64,000 nt of DNA, from positions 32,001-96,000 of the forward strand of contig JABIGM010000050.1 in NCBI GenBank assembly GCA_018650165.1, in the 5' to 3' direction. Position 1 is the first letter of the stretch; each line of letters starts with the position of its first letter. Of this stretch, positions 62,899-64,000 are shown in pieces. The DNA is from Methanobacteriota archaeon. Lineage in GTDB: Archaea > Thermoplasmatota > Poseidoniia > Poseidoniales > Poseidoniaceae. The notes below the pieces were generated by a model, which had not been told where the DNA came from, made no database searches, and was given only the letters and a program-made list of their open reading frames with translations. Made by a program: the position numbers and the translations under genes.

Positions 62899-63999
62899 CT
62901 ATTGCTGTTGTTGGAAGTGACCAGCATATTGTTGGGCATAGGTCCTCGCAGTTTCTTCAGGATATCCTTGGGCAATCAATTGTTGTACATATTGCTCCAT
63001 CGGGTCCATTTGTGCTACTCCAGCATATCCTGCCGCAGTTGCAGTGAAGTCGCCACCCATTTGTGTATCAATTCCCATTGTTTCATCTTCAGTTCCGCCA
63101 CGCATTACAAAGAATAGTGATAATAGTACAATTAACAGCAGACCAATTCCTCCACCGAGATATAGCATCAAATTAGAATCTTCTCCTGATTCAATAGCAT
63201 CAGAATTTGGTGCCTTATCCGGGATTCCATCATTATCTGAATCGGTATATTTACCGGACCAACTACAAGATTCGGTTTCATCGTCCCAAATCCAATAAGC
63301 ATCAGGTTCAGCATCAAGAACCTCAACTGGAACTTCTAGACCTTGACATGCAGGTAGAGTGAGTTCTATCCAATAGATAATCGGCCATCGCTTGTCATCT
63401 CCTTCGTATACCTTGACGAAGACTCTCTTGGATTTGGTTTCATTATCGAATAGGTCCTCAATATTCAGAGTTAATTCGAATCCGTCTCCGTCTCCAAGGG
63501 CATCCGATCTAGCCCATTTCTTTTCTAAAGAAAGTGTGTACTTAGCGACTGCTGTTTCATCAAAAGTAGTTTCGAGTAAAGCAACTTCGACATATACATC
63601 TCCTTGCTCTGCACCATCTACAATGTTTCCAGCCAAGGTAATTGTATCGCTCATAACCTTTGAACCATTCAGTGACAAATCAATTTGTACAGTAGGTTCA
63701 GCATCGCCGAACCCTTCTGGAACCACTGAGAAGTACATCTTGTACTTGTCAGAACTCTTTCCAGCTTGGTCGTATACTACTAATTCGATACGAATTAGTG
63801 ATTCTGTCTGCCCACTTGGGTCAACTGTAACGTTGCTGAAAGTGTAAGCCCAAGCACCATCACTGGAATCAGGTATCACGAAATTATGACCTTCCAACTT
63901 GTAATTATCTTCATTGTAAGGCTTGTCAAACAGTACAGTCCATTCATACGACTCTATTCCAGAACCTGTCAGTGCATCTGCATCTGAGGAATTACCTGC
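62899..63999 (-). CDS. Membrane-anchored surface protein (PKD-like domains), 5'-truncated, with Gln/Tyr-rich cytoplasmic tail
   Basis: The frame stays open to the window end (AGNSSDADALTGSGIESYEW, PKD-like); TM LYLGGGIGLLLIVLLSLFFVM; tail MDPMEQYVQQLIAQGYPEETARTYAQQYAGHFQQQQ. Confidence 0.75.
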   Translation of the reverse strand, partial: AGNSSDADALTGSGIESYEWTVLFDKPYNEDNYKLEGHNFVIPDSSDGAWAYTFSNVTVDPSGQTESLIRIELVVYDQAGKSSDKYKMYFSVVPEGFGDAEPTVQIDLSLNGSKVMSDTITLAGNIVDGAEQGDVYVEVALLETTFDETAVAKYTLSLEKKWARSDALGDGDGFELTLNIEDLFDNETKSKRVFVKVYEGDDKRWPIIYWIELTLPACQGLEVPVEVLDAEPDAYWIWDDETESCSWSGKYTDSDNDGIPDKAPNSDAIESGEDSNLMLYLGGGIGLLLIVLLSLFFVMRGGTEDETMGIDTQMGGDFTATAAGYAGVAQMDPMEQYVQQLIAQGYPEETARTYAQQYAGHFQQQQ

Positions 64000-64000
64000 A

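Overview
Gene-dense, low-GC archaeal chromosomal segment. Rpo6, PurP, AroA'/AroB'/GHMP-type AroK, RibL and archaeal-type endonuclease IV sit alongside many bacterial-type genes, aerobic-respiration genes and S8 proteases. This mix best fits Marine Group II Euryarchaeota (Ca. Poseidoniales); the taxonomy is inference from gene content, not a database result. The window holds about 57 CDS (first and last truncated by the window edges) and one tRNA-Ser(GCU). I found no CRISPR array, rRNA or mobile element. Housekeeping blocks: ctaA-ctaB heme A/O synthesis, a regulator plus archaeal shikimate operon ending in aspartokinase, a DUF4350-MoxR-DUF58 cluster, ribB-ribL-ribE-ribH, trxB-moeB and ahcY. Most notable observations: (1) an hcrCAB-ordered molybdo-flavo-Fe/S enzyme with 4-hydroxybenzoyl-CoA-reductase signatures (AMRGHG loop, 4-Cys [4Fe-4S] insert in the FAD subunit) in a genome with aerobic markers, with xdhC/mocA/moeB maturation genes and an acyl-CoA dehydrogenase nearby; (2) a Gar1-like domain fused to RGG/RD low-complexity tracts and four RanBP2-type zinc fingers that closely resemble eukaryotic FUS/ZRANB2 fingers; (3) bacterial-type G3P lipid genes (gpsA and a PlsC-like acyltransferase); (4) a perfect DtxR/IdeR-type palindrome upstream of an FTR1 iron permease; (5) a long structured leader upstream of ahcY; (6) a shared LP[AS]I-TM-RR C-terminal sorting-like signal. 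Family calls come from recognised motifs only; no searches were run.
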